From the NCBI GenBank assembly GCA_039208735.1, contig JBCCQY010000129.1, positions 1 through 26,062 of the forward strand: a stretch of 26,062 nucleotides of DNA, in the 5' to 3' direction. The notes under the pieces were generated by a model. The model did no database searches. It saw only the letters and a list, made by a program, of their open reading frames with translations, and was not told where the DNA came from. Source of the DNA: Myxococcota bacterium (lineage in GTDB: Bacteria; Myxococcota_A; UBA796; GCA-2862545). Both the position numbers and the translations under genes were made by a program. How positions within the stretch are numbered: position 1 is the first letter of the stretch; each line of letters begins with the position of its first letter. Of this stretch, positions 24,644-26,062 are shown one piece after another.

Positions 24644-25809
24644 TCGTACCAGGTCCAAAGGCGACCGGGGAATAGCCAGGCAAGGCCATCACGAAGCCGG
24701 TCTCGCCACGCCACCCAGTTGTGTCCATCTTGCGATTCTACAAAACGCGTTTCGATTCCGGCCTGCCGCAGCAGGTGGACCAACGACCGATTGAACCAGA
24801 TGAGCGATTCGAACGTCCCGCACGACAAGAAGATGCGGGGCACCTCGATGCGCGCTGGATGCTCGCGGAACTCGCCCACAAAGTCGACGACGGGATCGAA
24901 CAACTCCGAACGACCGTGGTGCCCGATGTCGGTGTGCACAAAGGAGCCCGATTGAAGCAACAGGCGCCCAAACCGACCGGGATGTTGCCAGGCGGTAAAG
25001 AGGCTGGTCACGCCCCCAAAGCTCGCCCCCATGAGTCCTCGGTCTTCGACCCGATCGCTCACCGCAAATCGCCCCTCGAGGGCGGGCATGAGTTCGTGCA
25101 CGATGTAGTCCGCCTGCCGCGGCGATGCGCTGTACTCCCGATTGCGCTCGCCGCCCGACGTAAATGCGACCACGAGCGGGGCGACCTCGTGCCGCGCGAT
25201 GAGATTGTCGAGCACCTGCTTCATGTCGGCATAAGCGAGGTAATCGCCGCCATCATGACAGATCAGCAGCGGGTAGGCCTTGTGCGCCTTGTACTCACTC
25301 GGAAGGTAGACCTGGACCTTCCGCCCCGGCGGGTACACCTGGCTCGCATGTTCGAAGGAAACCAACCGGCCAGGCCGCGTATCGGGATCCGGTCGGACAA
25401 ACCGCGGGACCTCATAGCCGGGCATCGCGCACACCGAATTCGATCCAAACGGATCGTGCGCTCGGTGTGGATTGAGCGGATCGTGAATGAGCGCCTTGCG
25501 GCCTTGGTGGTCGAGGATCTCGAACTTGTATTCAACCCGAGCTTCATGGGGAAGTTTGACCGGCAAATACAGCGCATCTGTGTCCTGCAACCGAATCAGG
25601 GGCTGCCGACCCTGAAGCCCGAACACCCAATGGACCAGGTAGACCTCGGCCGCCTGACGATCGCGAAAGAAGAACACCGCAGTCTCGTCATCCACGATGG
25701 GAAACGAGTGTTCCCCAACGAAACTCGTGACAAGATCACTTGTATTGGACGTGGATGCCGCCAGGCGCTGGGCGAGCTGCACGATCTCACGCATCGCCTC
25801 CCGACTCAT
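24640..25809 (-). CDS. Enterochelin-esterase-like alpha/beta hydrolase with N-terminal beta-sandwich domain
   Basis: ARVEYKF..DPLNP N-terminal domain; VYLPSEY, HDGGDY, nucleophile GASFGG, QSGSF, GHNWVAWR. Confidence 0.92.
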   Translation of the reverse strand: MSREAMREIVQLAQRLAASTSNTSDLVTSFVGEHSFPIVDDETAVFFFRDRQAAEVYLVHWVFGLQGRQPLIRLQDTDALYLPVKLPHEARVEYKFEILDHQGRKALIHDPLNPHRAHDPFGSNSVCAMPGYEVPRFVRPDPDTRPGRLVSFEHASQVYPPGRKVQVYLPSEYKAHKAYPLLICHDGGDYLAYADMKQVLDNLIARHEVAPLVVAFTSGGERNREYSASPRQADYIVHELMPALEGRFAVSDRVEDRGLMGASFGGVTSLFTAWQHPGRFGRLLLQSGSFVHTDIGHHGRSELFDPVVDFVGEFREHPARIEVPRIFLSCGTFESLIWFNRSLVHLLRQAGIETRFVESQDGHNWVAWRDRLRDGLAWLFPGRLWTWYE

Positions 25810-26062
25810 GTGCCCATCCAGGTTGGCAGGCTCTGCACACGGCCATCGAGTTCGAGAAGCGAGGCGCTACGGGCGGGACCCCGATTGAACCAACCTTCGT
25901 GGGTGTGGACAAGCCACGCCCCGTTCTCAAGCCCCAGGCAGGTCGCGGGCGCCAAGCGCTGGGCGAGCAGGCGTACCCGCTGCGGATCGTCGAGCTGAAG
26001 CCGCTGCCGGGCATGCGGCAACATCACGAGGCCAGAAACCAACTCTTCGCCTCGGTCGAAGA
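25806..26062 (-). CDS. C-terminal fragment of a peptidase S51/class I glutamine amidotransferase-like protein
   Basis: Frame open to the window edge: FDRGEELVSGLVMLPHARQRLQLDD...CLGLENGA resembles the GLGL..PH...G.DE end of S51 proteins; ATGA overlap with the esterase. Confidence 0.6.
   Translation of the reverse strand, partial: FDRGEELVSGLVMLPHARQRLQLDDPQRVRLLAQRLAPATCLGLENGAWLVHTHEGWFNRGPARSASLLELDGRVQSLPTWMGT

Noticed and set aside
24721..25998. Long antisense ORFs (this 425-aa one, also 17830-19023, 7162-7998, 1648-2559 and others)
   Set aside because: They mirror motif-bearing genes on the other strand, which is expected from high-GC codon bias, and show no recognisable motifs.
1..26062. 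CRISPR arrays, tRNA/rRNA, IS elements, prophage, defence systems, recoding events
   Set aside because: No regularly spaced repeats, RNA gene signatures or diagnostic proteins were recognised. Intergenic gaps are all under about 250 bp and no gene appears split.

Overview
Gene-dense, GC-rich bacterial chromosomal segment with about 27 CDS, many coupled by ATGA/GTGA/TGATG overlaps. Gene content (many short lipoprotein signals, PHM-like copper monooxygenase, soluble MCP) suggests a Myxococcota-like organism, which is inference only. No rRNA, tRNA, CRISPR, transposase, integrase or phage genes were seen. Left to right: a minus-strand operon (BASS symporter, D-aminoacylase-family amidohydrolase, membrane M28 peptidase, Nei/Fpg glycosylase, partial MoeB); rsgA preceded by an unlisted 19-aa uORF and structured leader; divergent hemF; an ECF sigma/zinc anti-sigma/helical exported protein cassette divergent from an apparently exported TldD/TldE pair; a PhnA-N-like zinc protein; a SCO lipoprotein lacking its copper cysteines; an orphan cheY plus soluble MCP; three coupled lipoproteins including a cytochrome-c-fused copper type II monooxygenase; a coiled-coil membrane protein; an HExxH protein with a DUF2063/HvfC-like C-terminus coupled to an intact but catalytically eroded OleC-like protein; a rhomboid; and an ATP-grasp/esterase/S51-like cluster running off the right edge. 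The best candidates for new biology are the pseudo-OleC plus HExxH-HvfC-like pair, the rsgA leader peptide and the heme-copper lipoprotein module. All family assignments come from motif recognition by eye, with no database searches.
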